This document shows, one piece after another, positions 12,515 to 27,163 of a stretch of 64,000 nt of DNA (position 1 is the first letter of the stretch; each line of letters begins with the position of its first letter). The stretch spans positions 1-64,000 of the forward strand of contig JAMDHS010000005.1 in the NCBI GenBank assembly GCA_029717555.1, in the 5' to 3' direction. The position numbers and the translations under genes were made by a program. The notes below the pieces were generated by a model. That model searched no databases. It was not told the origin of the DNA and saw only the letters and a list, made by a program, of their open reading frames with translations. This DNA is from Peribolospora baueri. Taxonomy: Eukaryota.

Positions 12515-14311
12515 ATGAACGCCCCGAAACCGAACGACATGGAGGTCGTCTCTCCTCCTCCCGACAGCATCTCTTCGCTGTCGTTTTCCCCGCAGGCAGA
12601 CTTTCTGGCAGCGGCGAGCTGGGATAACAATGTATGTCGTCCGAGATGGCACCGTGTCCGAAGCGGGATGGGGAGCTGGTCTGACCCCTCGTGTCGTCTC
12701 ACTGTCTCTACGATCGACTCCAGATTCGCATCTACGAGGTGGCACCAAATGGACAGTCGAACCCCAAGGCTATGTATGGTCATGAAGCGCCCGCTCTGGA
12801 CGTGACGTGGAGCTCGGTGAGTGACCCGAGGCACTGCAAAGGACGCCCGACGCGAAGCTCACTATATGTATTGTACTGCTCTGCACTTTCTTTTCATAGG
12901 ATGGAACAAAGATACTCTCGGGCGGCGCGGACAAGGCGGGGAGGATGTTCGACGTTGCAACGGGGCAGTCGAGCCAGGTCGCTGCTCATGACGCTCCGAT
13001 CAAGAGTGTAAGGTGGATCGACATGCCTCAGGCAGGCTCTGGTATCCTCGCCACTGGGAGCTGGGATAAGACTGTAAAGGTATGTGGATTGGTGTTTGCT
13101 TTGCCGGCCCACCTGTTCATGACTAGGTTGATGCACTCAAGCCTTGCTAACCCTTTGATCATATGGTCCCTTCACTCCATCCAGTATTGGGACCTGCGCA
13201 CGCCGAACCCGGTTGGGACCGTCCAGGTCGCGGAACGAGTCTACACGATGGACGTGGCGCGTGACTTAATGGTGCGTATTCATTTCTTACCAGCTTTGGA
13301 TATTCGCGACTAACTCCTTGATCCTCCATCGCCGTCCCATAGGTCGTGGGCACTGCTGATCGACATCTGCAGATCATTAACTTGAGCAACCCGACGGCTG
13401 TGTTCAAGGTAAGAAAGTGGACAACAGCTTTCGGGTCGTTCTCGTCTCAGTATCATCCATTTTTGTCCCATCCCATTGTATCAGTCCCTACAATCGCCAC
13501 TACGATGGCAGACCCGAGTGGTTTCCTGCTTCCCGGACGCCAAGGGCTATGCCATAGGCAGTATCGAAGGCCGCGTTGCGATCCAGTGAGTGGAATGAGT
13601 GGGACGACCGCTGGGTCAGGATGGCTTGGGCGTGTGTACGAGCTGATGAATTGTGTTTTTACAGGTATATTGACGACAAGGAAACCTCGTAAGGACCCTC
13701 ATCTGTCTCGCGAAACAATTCGCCGCTGATGTTCTCTTCGCTCTCTCTTCACAGAAATAACTTCTCTTTTAAGTGTCATCGTTCGGAGCAGCAGGGCCGC
13801 ATAAACACGATCGGCGTGCCGCGCGAAAAGCAGGGCGCGCTGGTATACAGCGTCAACGACATCAGCTTCAACACTGCTCACGGCACTTTCTCCACTTGTG
13901 GCAGCGATGGGAAAGCGAACATTTGGGATAAGGATAGCCGAAGCAGGCTTAAAAGTGAGTGACGGAGGCTATAGACCTTGTCAGAGACGGATTGCGCGGA
14001 TATTCAGTCTACTACTACGTTTGACTGTTCAGCTTTCGAGGATCAAGGGGCTCCCATTACTGCCACCGCCTTCAACAAGAACGCAACTGTCTTTGCCATG
14101 GGCGTGAGTAATTTCACCGATGGATCTGAGATTCTGACAACTGTGGTTTCAACGAGGATTAACTCCTTCGCGCCATCATATTGATCCATTCCTTACACAG
14201 GTATCTTACGACTGGCACAAAGGCCACCAGCACTCCAATCCGTCGAACCCAGTCAAGATCGTGCTCCATCCATGTCAAGAAGAAGAAGTCAGGCGCAGGC
14301 GCGTATCGTAG
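12515..14311 (+). CDS. RAE1: WD40 mRNA export factor Rae1/Gle2; multi-exon
   Basis: PPDSISSLSFSP, ASWDNN, AHDAPIK, TGSWDKTVKYWDLR, SPLRWQTR, GSIEGRVAIQY, NFSFKCHR, VSYDWHKG; stop at 14309-14311. Confidence 0.95.
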
Positions 14312-14776
14312 GATTCATCATCCTATGATCACGACTGCTCGGTGGCTTTTTCGGTTTGACTGACTCGACCCTTCCCTGAATTTGTTCGTCCCGCTGTCCA
14401 CACATTGACTTTCCATAGGCCACGCCGCTGACGCTCCTGAACGTACACTTGTACAGTACCCGTCCGTTTATGATGCTTTTCCCCTTGTCACCGTTTTGTA
14501 CTCCGACCCCGCTGTCTCCATTCTCGTCGTTGCAACTAAAACCACACTGCTGAATAGTGCAAAATGACTGCTCTCGACTGATCCAAGGATAGAAACATTG
14601 GGGAAAAGGGGGGCGTTGAAGAAGGAAAAGGGTATAGGCGAACGAAGTCAACCATCATCTGACGCGAATCGGTATCTCCGACTGCAGCAAGGGAAAAAAA
14701 AAAAAGCTGGATATCGACCGTTGACGGGACGGTGGCGAGGCCCGAGTGAACATGCGTCCGGTTCACCTGGCCGCCA

Positions 14777-17700
14777 TCAAAGTTTCTTCGCTCCAAGTCG
14801 GGCCGCCTTCTCCTCCTTAAGCTTCTCCAACCGTAGCCTGCGCTCCTCCCTTCGCCTCGCCATTTCTGCCGCCTTCTCTTCCTTCGTCATCACCCCGCCG
14901 GCGGCGGCCTTATCCGAACCTGCCCCTCCCGCGCCAGGAGAGGTCGTCCGGCTGCTCGGCTTGTCGTCCTCGTCGAATCCAGAGTCCCATGCGTTGCTGC
15001 TGTCTGGAGGTAAAGGACTTGCCATGTTCGACGCGGGTGGAGAGGCCACCGACGGCGATTTCGAGGATGCGGGCGACGACCTGCCTTTGATCGGCTGTGG
15101 AGATTTAACGTTGGAAGGCCTACTACTCGACGCAGCGCCCCACATGGCGCTTGTGTCTTCCATATCCCACTCGTTGCCCCCTCCAAACTCCTCGTCCATG
15201 ACGGCCAGAGCAGCGCTCCTGGCAGCAGTCGCGGCGTCCTTCTTGCCAAGCTTCAAAGAGCCGCCCTTTCGGATCGCGGAGCTTGTGACCCTCGGCTGAG
15301 CACCGGGCCTCGGCCCAGGCACGCCCCTGCGCAGACCCTTGGCGGGCAAAGGGAAGCTCGGTGCTGCTGGTACCGGCGACTCAAATGCGCTCCAGTCATC
15401 GGCATCGTCGTTAACATCCATCAAATCTCCCGAAGCCCACGAAGACGTAGAAGCCGGTCCACTCGAGGAGACGGTCAACGAACCGCTGCCGTTGGCGCCT
15501 GCGCCGAAGGCTGTCTGAAGAGACGGCGATGCAGTCCCCGACATTGAACCGGGTGTCAAAGGCCGTGGAGTCTCTCTTGGCGTTAGTACAACCGGAGTCG
15601 GGCCCGTATTCGATTTGGCGTCCATCGACGAGTTCTGGAGCTCCGTCGCCGCCATCTAAATGATAGGGTTCGATTAATATCAGCAATTTCACTCTCGCTC
15701 GGTGAGCTTCATTGTACTATAGCCTCACCTTCTTGCTAAGTGAAGTCATCGCCGATGACACCGCCCACCCTGCCAGCGCTGAAGCCGCTCCACCAGCGGA
15801 TGAAACAAGGCTGGGCTGACCGACTTCCTTCGCTTGCTCACTGCCTTCTGGAGGTAGCATAGTATCGGGCTAAAGCAGGACACAGTGAGCGAAATGCGTT
15901 GATCAGTCTAGGTCCCCGTAACCAAGGAACATTAACGTCAGTGGCTCACCATCGAGACAACGAACTCTGCGATCTTCTTGAGGAAGATATCGACGGCTTT
16001 GACCGCTTGATCTCGTACAATCCTGCCAGCGCACAGAGGGCACGGGCTAGGTCTAGCATGGTACGGGAAAAATCACCTGGCCAGCATTGGGAAACTCACT
16101 TCTCCGGATCGACCAAACAGGGTGCCACCTGCGGCACAATCCTGACAGCCAAGTCCTCCTTATCAAAGCTCTCCACGGTTGCCATAAATGCCATCAGGCC
16201 CGCGACCCTGGCATGGACAAACGGATCTCGAAGGCTGCGCCCAAAAGCCGGAACGAGGACTTTTCGTCGGGTGTTAAGGGTGAGATGCTTGGAGAGTCGG
16301 CCTAACAGAATGGTGGTGTTGGTTCGGATACCCGCTTCCACATCTGTTTGCATTTTGGCAAGGTGGCGGAGAAGGTCGTTGTTGAGAATACGATCAGAGA
16401 GCTATCGGCGATTCATAGAACAGTCACATCTCATCAGCATCCTAAACTATAAATGCGGAGTGAGCGAGCATGTGCAGCTTTTACCTTCGGAGCTATGAGC
16501 AGAATCGATTTGACGGTGGCCTCTCGAATGATGGCAACCGAATCGTTGAAGCCCGTAATCTGCCACAAAAGTTTGATAATAACGTTAAATTTAGACTGGA
16601 AAACCGTCCTACTGTAAACGGTCCAATTACCTACCAAGTTGGGCCAGATTTTCTCCACAAGTACTTTGTTATCCAACCTATCTGCGTACTTGTCCAAATT
16701 CTCCAACAGTACCATACGAACAGCCCTGTCCGTGCTTGTGTAGGCTTTGACGATCGACTCGCCTACAGTAGCGGCGTAGCCCTTATCAGGAAGCTTGGCA
16801 CCGAGATTCAAGATAAGCGGAAGGAGCTGCACGTTTGGAGGGGACGCGGGGCCGGAGGCAGCGGTGGAGGGAAGCTCAAATGCTTTGACGAGAAGAGGCA
16901 GGACCTTATGAGAGAGAAACTCCGATGGGAACGAGTCGGACGAGGATTCAAGGATTCTGCCAGAAGCGTGCAAAGGCAGTGTCAGATCGAGCGTTGCGCA
17001 TCCATGTCTACACTGTTTACACAGCTCCATCTCACCTGAGCACGGCTGCTCGCTCGCCTTCACTAGCCAGCACAAAGTTACCCAGACCCTCAGAAACCTT
17101 GACCAGTTTGTTCTGCTTGAAGAAACCGGTCTCCGCGTTTCCCGCTTCGAGCAACTGCCCGCTCGACATCCGACTCTTGGGGTTGGCGTTCAGCATGCGA
17201 CGGATATGGTTGAAGATCGGTAAAGGTACAGACCCGCGGGCGGGTATGCTCGCCGACCTGACTGGGGCTTGCTGTCCATTGAAGAGTTCGCAAATGAGAA
17301 GGGCGAAGGAATAGGAGTCGAGAACGTGTGGATCGTAGCTGGAAAGATTCAATAATGAGAAGGTATAAGTACGAGATGTGAAAGGCGAAGATGACGATCC
17401 ATGCCAACATCAAGAACGAACCAACTCACTCTCGGAGCGTCGCCCAACCTCCATTGCTGACTTCTGGGGCAGCATATTGACTCGCATCCGGGACGAGACC
17501 TCCGTAATTCTGCGAGAAGACAAGTACAGTCCGCTCAGACATTGAGGACTCGGGGCCCTAGACAAGTAATGCGACCATCTTCCCACGTACAAACAAGATA
17601 GCGCTCTCGTCCTTTTGATTGCTCAGCACATCGAAGCCACCTAATCGCCATTCGCCGGTGGCAGAGACGAAGATGGAGTCCGTGCGGATATTTCCATGGG

Positions 17701-18351
17701 TGGAGGCGCAATCAGCATTGAGGAACTTTAACGCCGTCTGTAAAAAGGATCGTAGTCGAGAAAGTATCAATATCGTGCCTTCTCCGTCTAAAGCCCACTT
17801 GCATGCCAAATAAATCAGTCGTTCCCATACCCACTGTCACGCTATACAGACCCCAGACCAAATAGTCTGGCGACCTGTTGGACTGGTCGGCGTCTAAGTG
17901 TTTCCCCAACGGGGTGACCTTCTCGGTCACAATGTACACGCACGAATCGGTCTCTGTGCTATCCAGCACGCGGAGGACGTCCGGATGTCGCGTAGTTCGC
18001 AGTTTCCGTGACGCATTACGGGCTAAAGGGAGTAGAGAACGGCGAGGGCTGTGCGCCGGCTGGGAAGCGTCAAAGACGAACACCGACACCGGTGTGCCAT
18101 CGTCCTGTCAAAGTTCAGGATGCCGGAGGGGAAAAAATTTGTCAGCAACGTCGAACAGCTATTCCACTCAATCATTTGCAATGAGCAAGCGTTGCTCCAC
18201 TCACCCTCTTGGTGCCTTCGTGCAAACTCCATATTGTCCTCCCCTCAAACCAAATATTTTTGTCACCGACCGAGTAGGGAAGGTTGCCAACTCCAGCGCC
18301 TTTGGAAAGGACGCTGGACGCAGCCGAGCCGAGGACTTTGAAATAGTTCAT
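14777..18351 (-). CDS. CEX1: SCY1-like pseudokinase with HEAT repeats (Cex1/SCYL1); multi-exon
   Basis: IWSLHEGTKRDDGTPVSVFVFD, ARNASRKLRTTRHPDVL, HGNIRTDSIFVSATGEWRLGGFDVLS, IREATVKS, GIRTNTTILLGR, LRDPFVHAR, and C-terminal MTKEEKAAEMARRREERR...LGAKKL. Confidence 0.9.
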
Positions 18352-18626
18352 CTCGTCTGCAACCCTTCCTCTGGGGCGTCGTCGTCGTCGTCGGCCAAGA
18401 CCAGCGTAGGAAAAGGTACTCCTTCCGAGTTCCAATCGGCGGTGTTGAACCCGAGCGTGATGCTGCGGCAAGTTCAGTCGGATTGCATCTCCTTCGATCG
18501 TCCTCAACTCTTGGAGGCTGCAGCACACACCACACCCCAACCCCCCATCCATCATACTCGAGGTTTTTCATCAGCGACACCGGCGGCCCCTCTTTCACGC
18601 CTCTTTCCGCTGTCCACGACGTGACA

Positions 18627-21600
18627 ATGGAGGTGCTGGAAAGGGAGCTGCCCGTAGCGGATGGCGAGATGGTGTCGCTCGCCCACGTCGTGGAGAGAAT
18701 GGCTGGCCAAGCATATGAGGACCTGACGAACTTAGCTGAGACGTGAGTTGATGGCCGTCCTGTAGCAATCGGGCGGGTCACTCAATTACCTCTTGGGACA
18801 TTTGTATTATTTTGATACGGTCCCTCTCTGCTTCAGTCTGCCTTCCCTACACCCGACGGACCGAAAGCGCAAGATCGTGGAATGGGCCCTGACTACTCGC
18901 CGGCACCTCATCCGATTGCTCGTCATAGTCCGATGGTCATCCAACGCTGCTGGTATACAGAAGTGCGCCAACATCATCAGCTTTCTTCGCAAACAGGTTG
19001 CCAGTGTAGACGATGCTGTTGATCGGATGAAGGAGGTGGCCGCGTTCTTGCCGAAGACTCGGTGAGCACACAGTCGTTCCCATTGTTCGTTGTCCAACTC
19101 ACTCTAAAACACCTGAGGTCTCTCTACACTCTGATAGAATGCGCAACTTTGACATCCCCACGGCCGTGGATGTGCTCACCTCTGGATCGTATCAGCGGCT
19201 ACCAACGTCAATCGAGGTGAGTGCGCGGGACTGAACCTCAAGCGGTTCTGATTGATGGCTCATTGTCAACGACTCCTATGTCAATGAACCGGGTATCATA
19301 GAAATTTTATCGCCGCCTGCCGCCTCCAAGCGACGAGGCAGTGCTCTCAACACTCGCCGAACTAGACGACGTCGTACATCTCCGCTTAGCGTCTCGTGAA
19401 ATCCTGCCGCCGGCGATGCGCAACTACCGTGTTGCAGACGGTCGAGCGTATTTCCATGTGCCGGGACTTTTTGAGGCAAGCTTTGGGACAAGCGGCTTGG
19501 AGGAGAAAGAGCAGTGGTGGTTGCTCAGCTTCGCTTTTGATATCGGCGTCGGGGGGCACGGAAAGGAGGAATTCCCAAGGAAGCCGCCGGTGCAGTGGAA
19601 CGAGGAGATCAATCAGTGTGGGAACAGGGAGCTTACTCCGAGGTTGCCTCCAAAATATTCCGCACAAGCAGACCTGGGGCTGGGAGGGAATGAACTAAAA
19701 AAGAGCATTGAAGGAGGAAGTGAAAAGCCTCTTCCGAAGAAAGAGAAGGACGCGCCGTTCGTGCGGGTTTTCAACTTCCTCCGTAAGTTGAGCTTTTTGT
19801 CTCGCAGTCGAGCGACCTTCTTGGAAGCGTCAAATTCTGATTTTCATCTTTTTTGTTCGCATCACTAGAGGATTGCGCACTCTTCTACCAGCTTGAAATT
19901 TTGGCGTACCAGGCATCGCATTTGGCCGTATTCAGTTGGGGCAACAGTCTTCGAGCCGAACACGCCCGTGACCGACGATCGCTGACAATCCGATATTGGG
20001 TGTGAGTGACGCAAGTACTCTGCTCACAATGCGACAGATGATTCACGTCGGCAGCCGCCCGACTTTTTCCCCTCTAGTCGACCACGAACGCCGGATGTCC
20101 CAGAGAACCTCCGGTTTCAGCAACAGAAACAAGAAGATCCTTCACCGCCCAGCGGGACCGTCACCATCTCCATGGAGGAAAAGAAGGAGGCGGTCGACGG
20201 AGTGGTCAATTCGCACTTGTCGGCACGGTGGGACATGACTGGGGTCGTTAAGGGCGAATTGGGTCGGACTGATCTCTTCATTGTGAGTCGCGTGACCACA
20301 GCTGAGTGATTTTCTTGTCATCTCACCCGACTTTCACCCGCTGATGATTTTGTCGACGACTGGAACACGGATAGGATCCGCATGATTTGAACGTAGAGAA
20401 GTTGCTGCTAAAGGTGGTTCGCAGGCATGCGAACGCTTTCTTGCGGTCTCTCGAGTCGATGCTGCTGTCTTCTCCGTTCTTCAAGAGGGACATGGTATCG
20501 CTTCAGAAGAATACCGGTGCGTTATGGTTTCCAATTATAGGTTTCTCACGTCGGCTGATCTCAGCCTTACCCTTTCCCACAGGGTCAGCCCTCTGGAGTG
20601 CACAACACAGTCTACTGGCTCTGCATGTCTTTCTCCACGGCACGGAAGGCGTATCCGTCAGCGTCAACTTGCGCACAGGAAGACTCGCCCTGCGGGAGCT
20701 TCCTGCCGAGGATGCGGATGACGCATCGTCCACCTGGCACTGCAGGCTCGGGTCTTCGGATGTCGCTTTGCAGAAGGCGACCGAGGAAGTGAACGAGCGT
20801 CCTACGAAACTGGCGCAAATATTAGCCCGTCTTCGATGGGAGGTGAGTCCATTATGTTCTGGACGACCTGGCACGGCTGGAATGGCTTGGCGAAGTTCCA
20901 CGGCCGTTTTCTTTCTAGATCATCGTTTCCGAGGTCGAACAGCAAGCTAGATATCTCGGCCTACCCGTTCAGCGCGGCTTACCTCGCCTTCGACCAAGGG
21001 AATATGCAAAGTTCGGGCAATCCTTCCAAGGCGGTCTCTTCATCCGCTTGGATGCGTTCCCGGACTTTTACATTGTCGTCGCCCTCACCGAGCTGGGCTT
21101 CCGCTTCGCCCTGGTATTGGTGCAGACTTTAATAGGCGAGGGAGCTGGCGCGCTCGTTATTGATCAATTGTCTTGGGTCAATAAAGAGCGGATCCGTCTT
21201 GGGGCCACAGGGAGGAAGAGAAAGCGAAAACAGTTTGCGGGTCCTTACTCAGCCGCCGTCCCGAGCTTTGAGCTGAAGTCAGAGGAGCTAGAGCAGCTTC
21301 ATGCATACTGCCTGTAAGTCCTTGTCGAACGAAAACTCATTATAAGGTGATACGCTATACTCACCTCATCTCATTTTCTTCTAACGTTCCAGAGGTCGCG
21401 TGGCAGTCCTCAAGGTGGAGCAGCAATTGAAAGCCAGAGGTCTACCCTACTGCTTTCCGGACTTCTCGTCGCCCGCAGCACAATTCTCTGTCACGGCCGA
21501 CCAATCGCCAAGTCAACTTGGCCTCGTTGGGAGCATTCCCCCAATCTGTGTGCAGGCAAAGGACCTTTTAGGCGGCAGTGACGACTTCGTCATGAACAAT

Positions 21601-23164
21601 ATCCTCATCAAGATTACTGATTGGCGGACTGGGAAACGATGCGGTGTGAGCGTCGTCGGCAGAAATGAAACACTCCGTTTGCTTTTAAGAACGTCATCAT
21701 ATTGAGCATCATTTAAACCCCTCAGGCCACCATCATCGCTAAATTACGGGTGCAAGCGTCCATGTTCGCATCTCAATCGGCGGCTTTCTCTCGTATTTCG
21801 TACGATCCGACGCGGTCTTTGATCACCTTCACGTCGGACACGGTCGAGAATTGCATCGGCGATTTCCTGTTTGAGTGGAGCAGGATAGCGAAGGTCGTTG
21901 TGCTTGCTCGAGAAGGTATGCTGATCTTGAGACAACTCGTCAAGGCAAGTCGAGCTCTCCCTGACTGACCTTTCCTACGGCCCACCTTTAGTGGCTCGAA
22001 TGAGCACCTCCTCCGACGGAGTCGTCCAGTTGGACTCTTTCGACTTGTCGACTGTTGCTTTTCGCTATGGAGAGGTGAGAATGACGTCTGGTGCACCAGA
22101 TGTCGAGCCTGTTGCTGATGTCCAAACCCTCTCGCGATGTCCAGAATGCAATTGCCCACGTCAGCTGGCACCCCGGCGCCGAAGCCTCCGATGGTGTTTA
22201 CAATCTGACGTTTTCGTCTCGACGCGTTGAAGACGAGGCGGCCTCGCCGGGCGTCAAAGGCGGACGGCCCCTTAAGAATCCCCACACCAAACTGCGAGAA
22301 GCGTATTTGTTTGCCTTGAATACTGGCGACGACACTTCTTCTGATTTCTGGCGGGGCTTCATTGAGGTTGGTCAACTTGCACCAAAATCATCTAGTTAAA
22401 GTAGTTCTAAAGACTCTCTTATTCTACTTTACAGAATCTCCGTGATACCTTACCGGTCTTGGAAGAAGCATCCTCGATAGCCGATGAGGACTCTCTGTTT
22501 GAGGCGGACACTCCCGAGCTGAAGTTGTCGAGCACCGCCGAGTTTCGACTCCTCTATCGTGATAGGTAAGTCGTATTCTGATGTCATAAAAGTCGCCCCA
22601 TGGAGTCTGAAGATAGTCTCTTTTCATTGATAATGTTGTTCGTGCAGATATGCGCTCGACATGCGTCTTGTTGGAGGGAGATTCTTCTTCCTCGACGGCA
22701 CTCGTTCCACCTCTAAAAAGCGAGGAGATGACTCGAATCGTCCTAGCGGTGCCGGGCCTCCTCCGTCATCTTCTTCACCCCAATCTTCTCTCCTCGCCTC
22801 AATCGTCGCACCAGATCTTCATTCGCATCCTTCGCATCTCACATCGCACCTGTCACCGATACCCGATTTTTGCCGCCTCGTCTCGGAGGCTTACGTTTCT
22901 GTTCGCGAGGACTATACATCCTCCCGAGTCAGCTCTCCTTGCCCCAACCCTTCTAAAGCACCGTCTCCGGCCAAGTCGCTGCCGCCCGTTGTCGACCTCG
23001 GCGACGGCCTCCTCTGCTCTCCCGCTGTGGCTCGAACGCTCGTTCGGGTTTTAAACAAGAAGATCTGCGACAAGCTTCCCAGCGTGTCGTCCCCGCTCGT
23101 GGAGAACGGAATAGCTGACGACACGGCGCCGAATTGGGAGGAGCTGTTGAGCAGTATGGAATAG
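18627..23164 (+). CDS. MED14: Mediator of RNA polymerase II transcription subunit 14; multi-exon
   Basis: Med14 N-terminal domain: YEDLTNLAETLP..RKRKIVEWALTTRRHLIRLLVIVRW, MRNFDIPTAVDVLTSGSYQRLP, YRVADGRAYFHVPGLFEAS, WWLLSFAF, YQLEILAYQA. Later exons are joinable by GT-AG introns; the C-terminal end is less certain. Confidence 0.88.
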
Positions 23165-23404
23165 CAGCCGCGATGCTCTTCTTGATGTTTACGTGTATGT
23201 ACCAGTAGCCGCGCATGTCGAATATATGCTTCTTTGAAGGCGCGAGACCGCCTTCGCCCATTCTGAAGTTAGAAGTACAGGTACAATGTATGGTATCGAT
23301 CAAATCGATCTACGAGTGTCGTGCAGCGCACGAGTGGTACAAGGTGCAAAATCGAGAGAATACTGCAGTTGGCTAAAACATTTCTAGTGCGACTGACCAC
23401 TTGA

Positions 23405-25477
23405 TCAACTTTCGTCGTCCAAGTTCACTGCCCAGCTTAGTAGCACTTTCAGCCTGAAGTCCAAGCAGATCACGATCAAGGGTCAACTATCCGGCGTTCT
23501 TCGAATGGCCCCGACGAGCACTGCTTATTGGAAGGAAGGTGGGTGAAAGGAGAGACTCACGTCAACAATACGTGTCTTAATGCCCTCGTCCACGTCTCGT
23601 CCTGGCTGAACTGCAACCTTATGCTGGCTTCGCCTATTCGGTCTTTGTTGATGCTGTGTTGCATTCATCAAGATCAGACGACGAGAATAAAGCCTAGTAT
23701 GATTAGTATATCGAAAAGACTACAGTACGGCAGCAGGCTAATAAACTCACGCATGAGGCAGGCGGAGATCCGGATCACGATCCTGAGCCCATGTCATGAG
23801 CTGCCGGAGGCAGTCCAGGAAGGCGACCATGGCGTGATCGAACCTCCGGTTCTGGAATAATCGACCGAGGTGAAGATCGCCCGAGCCGTACCTGGAGATG
23901 ATTAATGGGCGGACAGACGAATCGGAGTGGTCAGTCCGGCAGGACAGACTGAAGAGCGGGGAAAAAGAACATCAGAAGAACGGAGGATATTACAGCTCGT
24001 AAGTGGCCTTGTCTCCGGAGATCTTCTCAATCGAGGAGAAGGAGCCCATGGGTACTAATCGGAAGCTGTGCGATAAGACCATGGGGTTAGCCAACATGCC
24101 AGAAGTGGAAGCATCAATAACGAACATAAAAACGCCTGGAGCAAGTCCGTCCACACGCGGGGTGACAAGTATCCTCACTTCTCAAATACAAAGTTCAACT
24201 TCTTCGCCAGCGTGTGAAGAAGCAATACCGTCTGGCCCCAGGCGGCGTTGATCTCTGCCCATTCCACCTGGTGCACAATAGGGGAACAACATGCTAAGTA
24301 TGGAATGGCCACCGCGATTCCTCTCGTCACCGCCGACACGAAGGCAGATTCCACTCACCGTCGCACCCGGCAACCGACCCAATCTGAGACCGTTGATGGT
24401 TGCAAATCCACCGTCATGTCCGATGCAGAACGCGTCGTTATAAACGTTAGTCTGCTGGAGTTTTGCGAGCTCCCGAGAGTCGCGCTCCAGGCTCGTCTGT
24501 AGGGAGCGTAGTTCAGAGGTGTACGAGGACAGGGAGAGGACGTGTTGAGAGTGGAGGCGCCAAAACCTGGGAATGGGGAGAAACAAGAAGCGTGAATCGG
24601 CATGCTCTCTCCTTCAATCACCAACGAACACTGAAAAGACAGAAAAGGGCCCGACACAAAATGGCAAATGCTCACTCCGCTTCCTCCTCAGCCAACGCGC
24701 GCTCTTCCTCGTCTAATTCGGCCAGCTGGTGAGACAAATCTTGCTTTTCTCGTTCTGCTTGTCGCAGGTCTGCGATAGCCCGCGCTTCCTCTTCCTTGAG
24801 CTTCAGAAAGGAGTGCGTGAGTGGTTGGATGCAGTTGTTAGTCGCCAATCGCTCCATCTGGCTCGCCAACGTCAGGCAACACACTCACCCTCTCAATGTC
24901 CCTCTTTAATGTCTCCTTCACCTTCTTGACATCTTTTCCACTCTCCGCCTTTTTGACTTCAGCCTCGAACGTGATATACGCTTCCCTCTCCCGGTTCTCT
25001 TCCTCCATCTGGCGTTTCATCATTTCCGAGACGGTATCCGCACACTCGTTGCATAACGGGTGATCGAGAGACGTTGTGTAGGAAAGCAGGTTGAACAAAG
25101 AGACTGATAGTCGCAAGCGAGAGCTGAGGGGCGCTGCAGTCGGCTGGGTTCCTGCGCTGAGGCCGGGAGACGATGCTGACGGTGAACCTGGGCTTGGCCC
25201 GTCCCCTTGGGCGTGCAAACGCGAAAGCTTCTCTGCTTCGGTGGGCGTGGAAGAGTTCGAGGACAGATGTCGCGACGAGGACGAGTCGCGATCAGGGAGA
25301 GAGCCTCCAGAGCAGTGACGGTGACAAATGGCAAACAGGCTAAGCGAACGATAAGGACTGCCAGTGCCATGCGCAAGCGCACTCACCAGTTACGAGTTCG
25401 TAAGCCGATTGATTCAAGTCCACTATACTGTCGTCCAGCAGCAACGGTTGGCGGCATCTCGCACAATTGAAGGTCAT
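23405..25477 (-). CDS. ATG6: Autophagy protein Atg6/Vps30/Beclin-1; multi-exon
   Basis: [23 protein letters not shown], coiled coil, [74 protein letters not shown]. Confidence 0.95.
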
Positions 25478-25919
25478 TTTGAAGTGCCCTGATGGTAGCG
25501 AGAGCTCAAACGAGACAGACCATTTGCAAGATGGCACTGAACGATAATGATCCCCCACACTGACGCGGACATGAGCGCACCTGACGGAGATAACCGCAGC
25601 GGTCTACACTGGGTTCGGCCGGGCCACGGTGGCTCTGCCCATGACCACCATCTCCTATATAAACCTCTTCCTCCACTTGCCACCAACCTCCATCCGCCCC
25701 TTCCACGGACGGTCGGCGTCGAAGTAATCCCATTCCCATCGGACGTCCTACATAGTGAAACCATTATTGGTGCATCCATCCTTCGTCTCTCCTGGACGTA
25801 GTATTATTCTCCGCGTCGCCGTAGTCGTCTGCCGTACTGACGAGGTGCATCGCTGATCGAACCGACCCGACGAACGGACGGACGAACGAACGGCGACTGA
25901 CTGAGGCGCCGCTAACATC

Positions 25920-27163
25920 ATGAGCAACCGGGCTGTGGTGAGAATTCTCGTCAGAAGCCCGCCGGATGCACCGCCTTTGCGATGTTGAATGAGAGCCTTG
26001 TTGCAGTCTCGCCGTGTTATTTGCGCTGATTTCGATTCCTCGTTCATTTTATCTTTTCTTCTCCACTCGTCGCGGTAGTCCCAAGCCTACCGCTCCATCA
26101 TCGATGATGTGATTGCGAGTGTGCGGCCAGATTTCGAGGACATGGGCATCGAAGAGGCCGTACTTCAGGAACTACAGCGCGTGAGTTAGCTATAGACCCG
26201 TGGCGGCCCCCTGGAGCGATAAACAGTCTCGGACCTTGTACGGTCGTACAGTTCTTAAACTTTTATCTGACGCGTATCGATGGATTTGGCCTTTCGTCTA
26301 CGCTTCCCTCCTGTTTCGCGTATACACAGTCTTGGGAGTTGAAGGTGGTGGCATCCCGAGTGACCGACTTTGGTAATGGTACGGCAGGCCCCTCGACCCG
26401 CACGACGGTGAAGACGGAGCCGGCAGACGGAGGTCTCATTCTCCCGGGGTCTACCAAGCAAGCTAACGGTGCTTCGGACGGGGTACGTAAACCGTTTTGA
26501 TCCGGGGGAAGGCTTCGTGTCGCTCATTGCTTGTGCGTTATGGGCGTGACCTATCATCCCCATATAGGTTGGCGATGCGTCCCGAGCGCCGGATGAAGGT
26601 GCACCATCTCCCTCAGCGGAAAGCAAAGGTGATGGCGCGATTTCGGAGAAGGGAGGGGTCAAGGAGGAGAACGCCAAGGCAGAGGACAAACCAGACCAGG
26701 GCAGCGGCTCCAATGAGAAGGAGAAGGAGAAGAAATTGAGGCCGGTGAGCAACTCTGATGAAATTGGGAGCGACCTTGACGACTCGGATGAGGAGGATTT
26801 GGCGGGAGGGGGCGTGGGGAACGAGGACATTGTCCTATGTCTGTATGACAAGGTGAGTGAGCCTTTGGTGACGCATAGCTGGTGTCGAACCTCTCAACAT
26901 TCGCTCAATGATGTATCACTGTCAATACACTCACCTTGCAGGTTCAGCGGGTGAAGAACAAGTGGAAGTGCGTCCTCAAGGACGGTATCGCGTCTGTGGG
27001 AGGCAGGGACTATCTTTTCTCCAAATGCAACGGGTGAGTCCAGTGGCGCGCTCGGTTAATCTACGATGGACAGACAAGCATCAAACGTTTTGGCTGATCC
27101 CCTCGTCTATCCACGCTCAATTCCATCTCCGTGTGCCTCCTTTGTAGGGAATTCGAATGGTAA
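25920..27163 (+). CDS. TOA1: Transcription initiation factor TFIIA large (alpha/beta) subunit; multi-exon
   Basis: MSNRAVSQAYRSIIDDVIASVRPDFEDMGIEEAVLQELQRSWELK and C-terminal IGSDLDDSDEE..IVLCLYDKVQRVKNKWKCVLKDG..DYLFSKCNGEFEW*. Confidence 0.95.
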
